Part shown: positions 1 through 9,869 of the stretch, piece by piece
Layout: every line of letters starts with the position of its first letter
How positions within the stretch are numbered: the stretch's first letter is position 1
From: Hyphomonadaceae bacterium
GTDB taxonomy: Bacteria; Pseudomonadota; Alphaproteobacteria; Caulobacterales; Hyphomonadaceae
Direction: 5' to 3'
DNA: 64,000 nt
NCBI GenBank assembly: GCA_041398225.1
Contig: JAWKVD010000016.1
Coordinates: forward strand, 11,177 to 75,176
Translations under genes and position numbers: made by a program
Notes under the pieces: generated by a model
What the model was told of the DNA's origin: nothing
What the model saw: only the letters and a program-made list of their open reading frames with translations
Database searches by the model: none

Positions 1-3000
1 AATCAAAATCGGCCCACGATACGAGAGCTGAAGGATTTTTGACTCGCGTTCGGCGCGTCGCATTTTTGAGCACTCCACACTTTGGGTCGGACACAGCTGC
101 GCTCGCAAATGCGATCTCGTGGCTGACCCGGCCTCGTGAAACGCTTACTGGCCTTTCGAGAAACGACCCTAACCTGCGCGGACTAAACACCTGGTTTCGG
201 CGCTACGCCGAGGAAGCAAAACTAGAAGCGTGCATTCTTCGCGAAACGAAGCCGATGAAGAACGGCTTTTTCATCGTAAAGCCCGACAGCGCCGATCCCG
301 GCCTCTCACCTGCTACCGACGTAATCCCCGTCGATGAAGACCATGATTCCATTCGGTCCCCTAAAGACAGGCAGGCCGAAGTTTATCGACACGTACTCGC
401 ATTCGTCCGAAAGCCGTTTGTTCGCGCTCACCCCGCTGCTTCAAGAGACGAATGTCTGGCGTCAATAGCGACCGGAGTGTCGGACCTTCAGACGCAACAG
501 AAGGAACTGGTCCAGGCCCTGGCGCTGCACTCATCTGGCAATGGCGTTGTGACTCAGGAAGCCGAGCGGCGGCTGTGGCAAATCCGCCGGTCGCGATACA
601 TCAATGGCTACGACGCCAAAGCAGAGGCCACTCGTCTGCTCAATGACATCCAGAACGGCGAGCTTTCGACCGCCGCTCGTGACACTCGCCGCAAAATCTT
701 CGCATGGTGCGCCAGACTTCTTGCTGGCCTTGATCACTCTGTCGCAGAGGGCGCCTACAAGGAGGCGCAAGCCCTGGGAGCCGGTGAAGAGAACATCTTG
801 GCCGAGGCTTTCCTGCTGGTCTTCGGGAAAGCTGACAAGGCCTCCGCGCTGGCCAAAGTGAGTTCGATAGATACGAAGTCGGCAAGAACTGCGGCATTTC
901 TCATCGCTGCAAACGGCGTGACGCCGGAAGAGGCCGTGCAGTGGCTCAACAACGCAAACCTCCAATCTTCGGATTTGGATCCCGATGGAAAGTTGCAGCT
1001 GTTGCAGCGCCGCCTGCAGATGAAAGACTGGGGCACCGCCCTTGCTGACGTTCTGACATTCGGACTCGATGACTATGACGCCGCGCCAGGACTCTTAACG
1101 TTGGCAGGAATGACGCATCTTGTGCAGGCGGTTCCCAGTGACTTCAGAGAAGCGATCACGTTCCACCTTCCAACCGATTTGAGCGATTTCCCGCTGAGCA
1201 CGGATGGGTCCTCGCGAGCGTACCTGGAGACGGCGCAACCGTTGTTCAAAAATGCCGCGACTTCGTTGGGACAGCTTGGGTTGGACCAAGCATCCGGAGT
1301 TGCTGCGGACTACGCGTTGTGGCTGGACCTTCGAAATCCCGGATCGACTGCACAGGCTCGGAAGGAGCTGGAATCGAGTCTGTCTGATCCAAAACTCCGG
1401 TTGCGCCGCGTTCCGATGGCCCTGGACTTCCGTTTGAAGCTGGATCGCGCAGCGGTAGAGCGCGAAATTGACGCCGAGACTGCCCGAACAGGAGGAAAAT
1501 CACGGGACGCCGCGGCCGCACGCTTGGCGATGGCCATGAGCAGGAAGGACGCCATGGAAACCGCTCGTGATATTGCGCTTCATCGCAAGCAGCTGGTTGA
1601 GTACTATTCGCCTCAATACATCGAAGCAGTTGAGGTGGAAGTTCTCGCCCGCTCCGGGCAGGTGAATGAAGCTCGCTCGAAACTAGCAGCCATCGATGTG
1701 TCCGTGATGCCGCCCGAAACGCTCAAAACATTGGCGCGGGTCATCGAAGAGGTGAGCGGCGCCGACCCAACCATCGTTAGAGAAGCTGAATACCTCGCCT
1801 CCAAAAAACTGATTGATCTCATTCATCTCGTAGATGCGCTCAAAGGCCGGAACGCTCACGCGAAGCTAGCCGAGTACGGCAAGCTATTGTTCGACGAAAC
1901 TCACTCGCTGGCCCATGCCGTCCTTTACGCCAACGCGCTCTATGAAGAGGGGCGGGATCGTGATGTCATCGAGTTGGTTGAAGCTTACCCAGACCTCCTG
2001 GCGACCTCATCCGAACTGGAAACCATCGCCGCTTGGTCGTACTACCGACTAGGCAATCTCGCACAGGCTAAAACCTTGCTTAGCAAGCTGCAGCTTTCGC
2101 ATGATTTGACTGGTGACCGACACTTGCAGATCAACATCGCGATTGCATCAGGCGATTGGAGCAGCCTTGGCACGATAGTCGAGACGGAGTGGACGCGGCG
2201 CGATACTCGCAGTGCAAAGGAATTGCTGCGAGCAGGTCAGATCGCTCAACACATCGGCGCTTCTGGTCGATCACAAGAGCTGGTGAGAGCGGCGGCAGCC
2301 AAAGCGAACGGCGATCCTGCCGTACTCGTGGGCTGCTATTCAATGGCAGCGTCCGGCGGTTGGGAAGATGACGCAGCGATCCATGAGTGGCTCAATGTCG
2401 CCGCAGAAGCCTCTGGAGAAAACGGCCCCATTCAGAAGCTGAATCTTGGCCAGCTTGTGAAGATGCAGCCAAAGCATCGCGAGAGGCAAGAGGAGATTTG
2501 GCAGTCTTTGATCACAGCTTCGTTGCCGCTCTTTGTGGCCGCCAAAGGTCTTAATCGGACTCTGGTCGATCTCATTGTGGTCCCTGCCCTTGTGAATCAG
2601 CGCTCTGAAGACCCAAGGCAACGCGGATTGATCTTTACGTATAGCGGAGCAAGGCCGATTGTCCCGCTTCCAGGCAAGCGCCTTGCCTTCGACGTTACCT
2701 CCATTCTGACGTTGGCCATACTCGGCTTGTTGCGCAAAACCATTGCCGCGCAAGACACTGTGTTCATCTCTCACACGACATTGGGCTGGCTCTTCGAGGA
2801 ACGCCAAAAACTGGAGTTTCATCAACCCAGCCAGGTCAGAGAGGCTGCAGAGACAAAACGTTTGATCGACAGCGGCCACCTTCATAGATTTGACGGAACC
2901 AGCGGCTCTCAAGAACTGGAACAGCAGTTTGGCGACGACATCGCTCGCTATCTTGTAGCGGCGCAAGCGGCAGACCCTTCCAATCCAAACCAAAAGCTGA

Positions 3001-4217
3001 TTGTCCGGCCTTACCCGCTTCCCAAGCCCGAATCTCTCCTAGAGGAGATCGCTGACACCACGCAGCATGAGAACTTTTTTGTGGGATGCTTGGATGTCGT
3101 TACGGCTCTTCGTAAGCTCGGTCGAATTACAGCCGCTGAGGAAGAGCAGGCCACGGCCTATCTCGCCCTTCACGAGAAACCGTGGCCTCACACGCCGATA
3201 GTAAATTCGGGCGCTACGCTCTTCCTTGATGATCTGGCGGCTGCATACTTCCAACACGTCAAACTACTGGATCGGCTGAAGTCTGCGGGATTCAACGTCT
3301 TCATCTCCGACTCATTTGCTAAGCACGGCGACGCCTTGATCAGGCACGACGTAACCAGCGCAGAAGCCAAGAGGCTGGTGGAGGAAATTCGGTCAGCTCT
3401 CGAGGAGGGGCTTTCCTCCGGGAAGGTCCAGTTAATCCCCTTGGGACGTGAGACGGACGACGCCGACGAAAAGCAACTCGCGCACCATCCAACAATGGGA
3501 ATTTTCCGGGCTGATGTGGATGCCATCGTTATCGACGATAGATCGCTGAACCAAAACTCGCACCTGCCCTCCGAGGCCGGGACTAAAGCCACTGCTACGA
3601 CCGTGGACATTCTGGTTTCCATGCGTAGCTCCGGTGTGCTTTCAGCATCGGAGTTGGCTCAGGCGCTTACGGTGCTGCGAGATTCTGGATTCGTATTTGT
3701 TCCGACTCTTCCTGGGCAGCTTCTCGAGCTCGTAAGCACCACCACCGTTGACGGCGGTATGTTGCAAGAGCCTGCGGAACTGAGAGCAATTCGGGAGTCT
3801 ATTCTTCGCATTCGTATGACTGATGCGCTTCAGCATCCCAGCGAGAGCAACTGGATTGACAGTATGCTCCGTGAATTCGTCGACGTTATTCGCGCTCAGT
3901 GGACCGACGAAGTTCCTGACGACGTCGCAAGGGCGCGAAGCAACTGGATGCTGCGACAGTTTGATTTGCGGGGCTGGGCGCATCGCAACGGCCAGGACAA
4001 ACGGAGTCCTCTCGACCGATATCGAGCGCAGGTGGGGATGCTCTTGATGCTGCCGAAATCGTCAGCAGCGGCAAAAAAAAGGTATTGGGAATGGCTTGAT
4101 GACGCTGTTCTTGTCAGGCTCGAAGAGGAGCAACCCGATGAATATCAGAAGCTGATCGACATGCTGGAAGAGGTGATCACCCGGGGAACGGATGAGATGC
4201 CGAAGTTCGAGGATTAG
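1..4217 (+). CDS. Giant multidomain protein, 5'-partial (>=1404 aa in window): tail of an alpha/beta-hydrolase (DUF676/PGAP1/SERAC1-like lipase fold) domain, a long helical/TPR-like repeat region, and a large C-terminal domain of unknown function
   Basis: The track ORF 39..4217 begins at a TTG. The same frame (codons from nt 3: tca aaa tcg gcc cac gat acg aga gct gaa gga ttt) has no stop back to nt 1, so the gene continues upstream of the window. AFLSTPHFGS and VDEDHDSIRSP resemble the 'GTPHxGS' and Asp/His segments of DUF676/PGAP1-type hydrolases (recalled motifs, not searched). No Walker A motif was seen. Stop TAG 4215-4217 abuts the next ATG. Confidence 0.7.
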   Translation, partial: SKSAHDTRAEGFLTRVRRVAFLSTPHFGSDTAALANAISWLTRPRETLTGLSRNDPNLRGLNTWFRRYAEEAKLEACILRETKPMKNGFFIVKPDSADPGLSPATDVIPVDEDHDSIRSPKDRQAEVYRHVLAFVRKPFVRAHPAASRDECLASIATGVSDLQTQQKELVQALALHSSGNGVVTQEAERRLWQIRRSRYINGYDAKAEATRLLNDIQNGELSTAARDTRRKIFAWCARLLAGLDHSVAEGAYKEAQALGAGEENILAEAFLLVFGKADKASALAKVSSIDTKSARTAAFLIAANGVTPEEAVQWLNNANLQSSDLDPDGKLQLLQRRLQMKDWGTALADVLTFGLDDYDAAPGLLTLAGMTHLVQAVPSDFREAITFHLPTDLSDFPLSTDGSSRAYLETAQPLFKNAATSLGQLGLDQASGVAADYALWLDLRNPGSTAQARKELESSLSDPKLRLRRVPMALDFRLKLDRAAVEREIDAETARTGGKSRDAAAARLAMAMSRKDAMETARDIALHRKQLVEYYSPQYIEAVEVEVLARSGQVNEARSKLAAIDVSVMPPETLKTLARVIEEVSGADPTIVREAEYLASKKLIDLIHLVDALKGRNAHAKLAEYGKLLFDETHSLAHAVLYANALYEEGRDRDVIELVEAYPDLLATSSELETIAAWSYYRLGNLAQAKTLLSKLQLSHDLTGDRHLQINIAIASGDWSSLGTIVETEWTRRDTRSAKELLRAGQIAQHIGASGRSQELVRAAAAKANGDPAVLVGCYSMAASGGWEDDAAIHEWLNVAAEASGENGPIQKLNLGQLVKMQPKHRERQEEIWQSLITASLPLFVAAKGLNRTLVDLIVVPALVNQRSEDPRQRGLIFTYSGARPIVPLPGKRLAFDVTSILTLAILGLLRKTIAAQDTVFISHTTLGWLFEERQKLEFHQPSQVREAAETKRLIDSGHLHRFDGTSGSQELEQQFGDDIARYLVAAQAADPSNPNQKLIVRPYPLPKPESLLEEIADTTQHENFFVGCLDVVTALRKLGRITAAEEEQATAYLALHEKPWPHTPIVNSGATLFLDDLAAAYFQHVKLLDRLKSAGFNVFISDSFAKHGDALIRHDVTSAEAKRLVEEIRSALEEGLSSGKVQLIPLGRETDDADEKQLAHHPTMGIFRADVDAIVIDDRSLNQNSHLPSEAGTKATATTVDILVSMRSSGVLSASELAQALTVLRDSGFVFVPTLPGQLLELVSTTTVDGGMLQEPAELRAIRESILRIRMTDALQHPSESNWIDSMLREFVDVIRAQWTDEVPDDVARARSNWMLRQFDLRGWAHRNGQDKRSPLDRYRAQVGMLLMLPKSSAAAKKRYWEWLDDAVLVRLEEEQPDEYQKLIDMLEEVITRGTDEMPKFED

Positions 4218-6176
4218 ATGACGGAAGAGGAAGAGATAGAGCGGGAGGTCGCCCGTAACCTGCTCACGATGTTCCCGCCCTCGATACGTCGTTCAGTTTT
4301 CGGGTCACGCGCATTCCAAGACAAGTATAAATTCGCGTCCGATGCGACGCTCTCGTTCAGCGGCAGTGATATTTCGATCAACCGGTCCGACTTCTTTCCT
4401 GCCGTGCGCGCGCTTTATAGCGGGGGCGCACGAGTGGACCTAAAGACCGCAGATGGGCGAGCGGCACATCTCGAAGTCGAGCCGGACGCTCATGATGGAC
4501 GGCTTCGACTGACGGTCGAAAGCGAATCCGCCTCTCTGCCCTCGTTCTGGTTTTTTTCGCCAGACGCTGATATGCGCCTTCGCGAATTTGACCGAGAGGT
4601 TTCTCAGCGCACTCTACCCGCCTCCATCGTTTCTAATTGGAGAACCCGCTTTGCTGAATCCGCGCTCTCGGATCGCGAAGCGCAGGATCTCCATGAGGTC
4701 TTTGCGGATGACCCGCGAGAGGTCGAAACGGCAATTGGAAACGAACTGCACAAGGAAGAAGCCAATCTCCGTGTGCTCGTTCCACGCTCAATGGAATATT
4801 ACCACCGGCTACTCGGCGACTTTCAAGAATCCACCGGCGTCGACGCGTATCTCAACACAACCGCACCGTCACATTTCAACCATCTTCTCCAGGCGCAGCC
4901 TCATCGCGCGTTGCTGCTCTGTCTTCAGCTGTGCGCCCATCAATCGATGGCGCCGCTGTTGACACTCCCAGAGTGGCCAGCCGCCGAAGTCGAACAGTTC
5001 TTTGAGCAACTTGAAAGTTCAGGCGACCGTTTCTCTCAAGTGGCTGGTTACGAGGTGGGAGTGCGCGCACTTACTCGCTATCCCGGCCTTGAGCCTATCC
5101 TGCTACGCATCGTCAAAGCGCTACGGGACGAGGATGCCCGCGGTAAGAACGGTCGTCTGGCGTTGAGCGCTGGTCTTTTCATTTTCGTCGACGGCGAGTT
5201 GTCCAGGATCAGCCTCTTCAAAGGATACACTCCTTTTATCCGCCGCCTTGCAGCGATCGCCCATGCTGCCGTCATCGAGCGAAAAATGATCGAGCTAGGC
5301 GTTTCGCTCGAAGGCGCTGCTGACTGGGCTATGCAGGGCCGAGGACAAGACTTCTTCATGCAGTCGCTGGCCGATCTTCGAATCGAGCCACGCTGGTTGC
5401 CGGACTTGATGACGGCTGAGCAACTGAAGAACGAGTTCCTGAGCCGCATCCACATCGCGTCGGATCACGCAAAGGAGCAAATCCCGGCAGGCGACTTGCG
5501 CCAGCTAGTTGTCGAGGAAGGCCCTGAGAGCATCAAGGCCCGTCTAGCAATGCCATTTGCGTTTCTACCCGGCCCACTGGAAGGAGGAGCGACGGCACCC
5601 GCACCCTTCCCGCAAGACATGCTCGACGAACTCAAGGAGCCAACGGAGAAGAAGGTACTGGAGGCCCGGTTCTTCGCTGGCGTGGTCAATCTTGCTCTCG
5701 TGTTTCGACTCGAAAAGGACGTAGGGCTCCTAATTGGCGAGATACTGCGCGCGGCGAAGTATCGTCTGAGCGTCGGAGGCGAATCCGGAGTCACGTTCTC
5801 GTTGCTGGCCGGTCTCGCGATCATTGCAGCCGTTACTCGCACCGCCAGCCTGGCCGATGACATCCGTGTTCTGGTGCGCGTCCTCCGAGCCCGAGGAGAT
5901 TTTGATGCTGAGCCTGATAGCCAGCTGCGCATCGGCTTAATCGCAAGCGCTGCACATCAAGACGTACCCGGTTGGTGCAAGGCAGTCGGAGACTGGTTCA
6001 TCGAGCTATCGTACGAACCCATGGATAGAGCGACTGCCCAAGGGTTACGTCATCACTTGCGCAAGCTCTGCCAAGCTGTTCCAGATCTGTGGCCGTACGT
6101 TTCAAAGGCAGACGCAGCATTAGCTGCCGTCGTCGGATCTCATCACGCCAGACCAAGCGAAGCGAGCAAAACATAG
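4218..6176 (+). CDS. Hypothetical 652-aa protein with no recognisable motif; translationally coupled partner of the giant protein
   Basis: ATG 4218 immediately follows the upstream TAG. A GAGGA Shine-Dalgarno sequence lies at 4209-4213, inside the end of the upstream gene. It is a long uninterrupted ORF with plausible amino-acid composition. Confidence 0.65.
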   Translation: MTEEEEIEREVARNLLTMFPPSIRRSVFGSRAFQDKYKFASDATLSFSGSDISINRSDFFPAVRALYSGGARVDLKTADGRAAHLEVEPDAHDGRLRLTVESESASLPSFWFFSPDADMRLREFDREVSQRTLPASIVSNWRTRFAESALSDREAQDLHEVFADDPREVETAIGNELHKEEANLRVLVPRSMEYYHRLLGDFQESTGVDAYLNTTAPSHFNHLLQAQPHRALLLCLQLCAHQSMAPLLTLPEWPAAEVEQFFEQLESSGDRFSQVAGYEVGVRALTRYPGLEPILLRIVKALRDEDARGKNGRLALSAGLFIFVDGELSRISLFKGYTPFIRRLAAIAHAAVIERKMIELGVSLEGAADWAMQGRGQDFFMQSLADLRIEPRWLPDLMTAEQLKNEFLSRIHIASDHAKEQIPAGDLRQLVVEEGPESIKARLAMPFAFLPGPLEGGATAPAPFPQDMLDELKEPTEKKVLEARFFAGVVNLALVFRLEKDVGLLIGEILRAAKYRLSVGGESGVTFSLLAGLAIIAAVTRTASLADDIRVLVRVLRARGDFDAEPDSQLRIGLIASAAHQDVPGWCKAVGDWFIELSYEPMDRATAQGLRHHLRKLCQAVPDLWPYVSKADAALAAVVGSHHARPSEASKT

Positions 6177-6625
6177 GTCCCATTCATCGCCACACAACGA
6201 GCACAACGCGCTGTAGGGAGCCCGCAGCGGTGGCAAATATCCAGAGAAGCCCCGCGTTGCCGCATGTTTGCGCCCCGCTCGCCATATCTCAGTGTGCCTG
6301 CAATGTGCCCAACAACACGCAAGCTACTGAAAACAACTGGCTATCCGCACTATCCATCTCGGCTGCCACTCACGCAATGAGATTGTTAGAGACGTCTGGT
6401 TACCGATTTTCGGATGCCGTTCCCCACATCGGTGGCCCGGGACATGACCTCGTAACCTTGCAGTACAACGTCCGCGTACCTATCAGGTGCAGGTCGGCCG
6501 AAAACTGCAGCGGCTCCTCCCAGAACACAACCGCGACAACGAGCGTGAAGTTGCCACCCAACGCGTGAGCAAAAAGTGTGGCTGGGAGCGATCCCGCTCG
6601 GCTTCACCGGAGAGAGTTCATCCCG

Positions 6626-7171
6626 ATGCCCACCAAAGCTCTAAAGGCAAAATCGACCGCCAAAATCTCGCGCGCCGTATCTGGCGACACGTCTTGTCCA
6701 GTTTTGCGGATCATGCGGGAGGTCGCCAGCTGTCGTCGACTACAAAGAACCTCCCGCCTGACGACAGCCATAGAAAAGCTGCCCCGCCGGCTCCAGAGCG
6801 AGATGACGCCGCAATACACGGCGCGGCTTATAGGCCGGAGAATTCGAGCGCTAGAAGCGCTCGCTCATCAACTTCAGCCAACCTCAAAACTCGGCGCCGC
6901 GTATCAGCTGTTGATCGCTTTGAACCTCGCGACCCTGGACGACTACATTGATGCGGCTGTCGACCCGGTTCGCCTAGGCGACGCCGATCGCCTGAGGGAG
7001 CAAGCGGACATGGTGAGACAAACAATTCTGAGCGCCTATCTGGCGTTACGAACCGGGCTTCACGACCGGGATCTCACTGAAGTCGAACGGCCTCACCTGC
7101 TCGAAGGTTGGAAACCCAGTAAGACAATCCAGGCCTTGATCGATGCAGAGACTGAACACACGCGGTCATAA
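6626..7171 (+). CDS. Hypothetical protein (about 181 aa)
   Basis: Internal ATG of track ORF 6578..7171, preceded by GGAGAG at 6609-6614. Helical-looking sequence with no recognised motif. Convergent with the recombinase gene. Confidence 0.3.
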   Translation: MPTKALKAKSTAKISRAVSGDTSCPVLRIMREVASCRRLQRTSRLTTAIEKLPRRLQSEMTPQYTARLIGRRIRALEALAHQLQPTSKLGAAYQLLIALNLATLDDYIDAAVDPVRLGDADRLREQADMVRQTILSAYLALRTGLHDRDLTEVERPHLLEGWKPSKTIQALIDAETEHTRS

Positions 7172-7210
7172 GGATATCGCCTAAGGCGCTTTCACGCCGG
7201 AGAGGCGTCG

Positions 7211-7242
7211 GATCCGTCCGTCCCGCGTTGGATGGACGGATC
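7211..7242 (+). terminator. 13-bp stem / 6-nt loop hairpin (GATCCGTCCGTCC-CGCGTT-GGATGGACGGATC, one G:U), preceded by a smaller hairpin ACGCC-GGAGA-GGCGT at 7193-7207
   Basis: Inverted repeat read directly from the sequence, 40 nt downstream of the 7171 stop and between convergent genes. No U-tract follows on either strand, so it is not a canonical intrinsic terminator. Confidence 0.3.
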
Positions 7243-7408
7243 TGCCTGGACCGACCTCACCGCACGCGATGAGCCGCACCCCAGTATCTCACGCGACCGC
7301 CGCGCCCTCTTCAACACCGCCCTATTGCCGCCCTCGCCGCTGTGACGACTACCGCCCAAGTATCGGGGCGCAACCTGCAATTACCCGCGGTGAGAACCAA
7401 GGCGTTGC

Positions 7409-8989
7409 TTAAGAGCCTCGGAGCAGCGCCTGTTCCTGCTCCTTCCATACCTCCCCCGGCCTTTGGCTGATCAGCGATTGCGCGGTGATCTCCGGCGGCA
7501 GCCTGCCGTCGATGAGCGCCTCGACGATGCGCGGAGAGAGCAGCCCCAAATGGATGCGCTGGGTGAGAAAGGTCGGCTTCACACCTTCTGCGGCGGCAAG
7601 TTGGGTAATCGATGCACCAGCTTTCAGTCGCTCGACCCAACGGGTGGCGCGATGAACCAACTTGACGAGAACGATATCAGGTTCGACCGGCTTGTTCGCG
7701 TCGAGAACGATACGCTGTTCGACGCCGCGACGTCTTTGGGTAAACGACGCCTTGATGGTGAGATCCGCAGGGATCTCGGGGCGCCCGCCGCCAAACGCCT
7801 CGGAGGCGTCCCATTCGATCTGAAGGCATCCGGGAGCGACCTCGACGCGGCGCACGGCGTCGATAACCTGTGCGGCGGACAGCTCGTTCGCGGACCGGAC
7901 ACGCTGTTGAAGCCTCACGACAACCGGATCCGCAACGATCGCGTCCACGATCCGTTCCTCCAATTCCGGCGCCGGCAAGCGCCAGGCGCCCGGATCGTCC
8001 CCCTCCCCGGCGATCAATCGCTGAGAAACATAGTAGCGATAGCGCACGCCCTTTCGCGCCGAATGGGTCGGCAAGAGCTTGTCGCCCGTCTCATCGAACA
8101 GCTTGCCGGCGAGAGGACTGCGCGCCCGGGCGTTGGCGCGGCGACGACGAGCGACGCGCTGCGCCTCGAGCTGACGTTGCACGCCTTCGAACATGTCCGT
8201 CTCAAGGATGGGCTCGTGTAGGCCGTCATACAGTTTGTCGCGATGCCGGATACGGCCGATGTAGATGGGGTTGGACAGAAGGTGATACAGCGCACCGCGC
8301 CGAAAAGGCGCTCCACCCGCCCACGAGCCGCGCTTGCCCTCACGCGCCTTAGAACGCACGCCACGCCGGTTGAGATCTTCCATCACCATTCGGACGGAGC
8401 CCAGTTGCAGATAAAGCGCAAATATCTCCCGGACCGTCTGGGCTTCGCTCGAATTGACGACGAGGCCGCTCTCGGCGACATCGTAACCAAGCGGAGGCAA
8501 ACCGCCCATCCACATGCCCTTGGCCTTGGAGGCGGCGATCTTGTCGCGGATGCGCTCGCCGGTGACCTCGCGCTCGAACTGGGCAAACGACAACAACACA
8601 TTGAGGGTAAGCCGCCCCATGCTGGTGGAGGTGTTGAACTGCTGCGTCACGGAAACAAAGGAGACGTTGCGCGCCTCAAGACGCTCGACCAGCTTGGCGA
8701 AGTCGGCCAGCGATCGGGTCAGCCGATCGATCTTATAGACCACGATGAGATCGACCCGACCCGCATCGATGTCTACGAGCAAGCGATTGAGCGCAGGCCG
8801 TTCCAGCGTACCGCCGGAGAGGCCGCCATCGTCATAGGCGTCGGGCAAGACGCGCCAACCTTCGGACCGCTGGCTGCGCACGAACGCCTCGCATGCCTCA
8901 CGCTGGGCCTGCAGTGAGTTGAACGACTGATCGAGCCCCTCCTCCGAGGACTTGCGGGTGTAGATGGCGCAGCGGACCTGTCTCACCAA
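7409..8989 (-). CDS. Large serine recombinase (resolvase/invertase catalytic domain plus recombinase domain)
   Basis: N-terminus VRQVRCAIYTRKSS...DGGLSGGTLERPALNRLL...LIVVYKIDRLTRSL is the classical serine-recombinase catalytic domain. The 526-aa length is typical of large serine integrases. GTG start at 8989 with GAGGGGG 6 nt upstream. Confidence 0.9.
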   Translation of the reverse strand: MVRQVRCAIYTRKSSEEGLDQSFNSLQAQREACEAFVRSQRSEGWRVLPDAYDDGGLSGGTLERPALNRLLVDIDAGRVDLIVVYKIDRLTRSLADFAKLVERLEARNVSFVSVTQQFNTSTSMGRLTLNVLLSFAQFEREVTGERIRDKIAASKAKGMWMGGLPPLGYDVAESGLVVNSSEAQTVREIFALYLQLGSVRMVMEDLNRRGVRSKAREGKRGSWAGGAPFRRGALYHLLSNPIYIGRIRHRDKLYDGLHEPILETDMFEGVQRQLEAQRVARRRRANARARSPLAGKLFDETGDKLLPTHSARKGVRYRYYVSQRLIAGEGDDPGAWRLPAPELEERIVDAIVADPVVVRLQQRVRSANELSAAQVIDAVRRVEVAPGCLQIEWDASEAFGGGRPEIPADLTIKASFTQRRRGVEQRIVLDANKPVEPDIVLVKLVHRATRWVERLKAGASITQLAAAEGVKPTFLTQRIHLGLLSPRIVEALIDGRLPPEITAQSLISQRPGEVWKEQEQALLRGS

Positions 8990-9011
8990 CGCCCCCTCGC
9001 TGGACGTGCGA

Positions 9012-9404
9012 TCACGGCCGCAACCCGAAGAAACGCGGCCCGGACCATTTAACTCCGGTGATGGCCTCAGCGACGGCGCTCAACGAACGATAGCGCTGGC
9101 CGCGCCATTCGAAACCGCCGGCTACGACGTCAACGATATGCTGAACGCCGTTCCATTCACGCACCAGCTGGGCGCCGGACGCAACTGACCGAACGGCCTT
9201 TCCGGCCGCATGCTGCTCCAGACGCCGACGGAGCGCGGGCGTAAGCCCGCCCTCCGCCTGCGCCTGTCGTTCATAGGCGATCAGCTGGCGCATTAAGTGC
9301 TGACCGGTCTTGGCTGGCGGAGGCGCGCCGAACCGGCGCGCCCATTCAGCGACAAGGTCTTCCCGCGTCGCGCGCGTCAGATCAGAGAGGTCAGCCGCGC
9401 TCAT
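9012..9404 (-). CDS. DUF2924-family protein (typical companion of large serine recombinases)
   Basis: Internal ATG (MSAADLSDL...) of track ORF 9012..9548. The C-terminus LVREWNGVQHIVDVVAGGFEWRGQRYRSLSAVAEAITGVKWSGPRFFGL matches the recalled DUF2924 signature. The start overlaps the upstream gene's stop (ATGA, 9401-9404). Confidence 0.75.
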   Translation of the reverse strand: MSAADLSDLTRATREDLVAEWARRFGAPPPAKTGQHLMRQLIAYERQAQAEGGLTPALRRRLEQHAAGKAVRSVASGAQLVREWNGVQHIVDVVAGGFEWRGQRYRSLSAVAEAITGVKWSGPRFFGLRP

Positions 9405-9658
9405 TGCCGGGCGCGACGTTTGCGACCGGCCGTTTCCGGCTTGAACCGGTAGATGGAGGGCTCGCCCGGCTCTCCGGCGATACGCTCGATGGGAACGCCC
9501 CGCTTGCGCAGGCCAGTGAGCGCCGCCCGCACCGAATGTGGGAGCCACCCCATGGCTGCGGCCAGCGTTTCGACGCTGGCGCCCTCACCTTTGAGATGTT
9601 CGAGGAATTCCGCTTGTCGCGTGCCGGCCTTGACTGCAGTGATGGGTATGGACGTCAT
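9401..9658 (-). CDS. DUF3489-family small protein (winged-helix-like)
   Basis: Internal ATG (MTSIPITAVK...) of track ORF 9401..9703. TRQAEFLEHLKGEGASVETLAAAMGWLPHSVRAALTGLRKRG matches the recalled DUF3489 pattern. Confidence 0.7.
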   Translation of the reverse strand: MTSIPITAVKAGTRQAEFLEHLKGEGASVETLAAAMGWLPHSVRAALTGLRKRGVPIERIAGEPGEPSIYRFKPETAGRKRRARQ

Positions 9659-9869
9659 GATTTGCCTCCAGTTGACGAACGACGAACCAATCCGTCGTCC
9701 CACTGGCGCAAGCCCGGATCAGCCGGGCTCCATGCTCTATCGTCCGGCAAGGCGCAACGTCCGCCCATTCCCGACATTGCGCAGACGATGAGTCTCAGCG
9801 TCAAACTCCAATGGCCATGCATGAGGCGGCCAGTCAACTGGAAAGAAAGCCATCTTTGCCGTGTACCGA

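Noticed and set aside
4073-4080. A8 tract in the giant gene (and a T7 tract at 4551-4557 in its partner) as possible phase-variation slippage sites.
   Set aside because: The tracts are short and both genes are currently in frame. There is no evidence of variability from a single sequence. A8 and T7 runs can occur by chance in lower-GC acquired DNA.
6386-6607. Minus-strand reading ...LFAHALGGNFTLVVAVVFWEEPLQFS..., which looks like a membrane-protein fragment in the spacer after the 652-aa gene.
   Set aside because: It is short, has no start codon and no recognisable family. It may be a gene remnant but cannot be supported.
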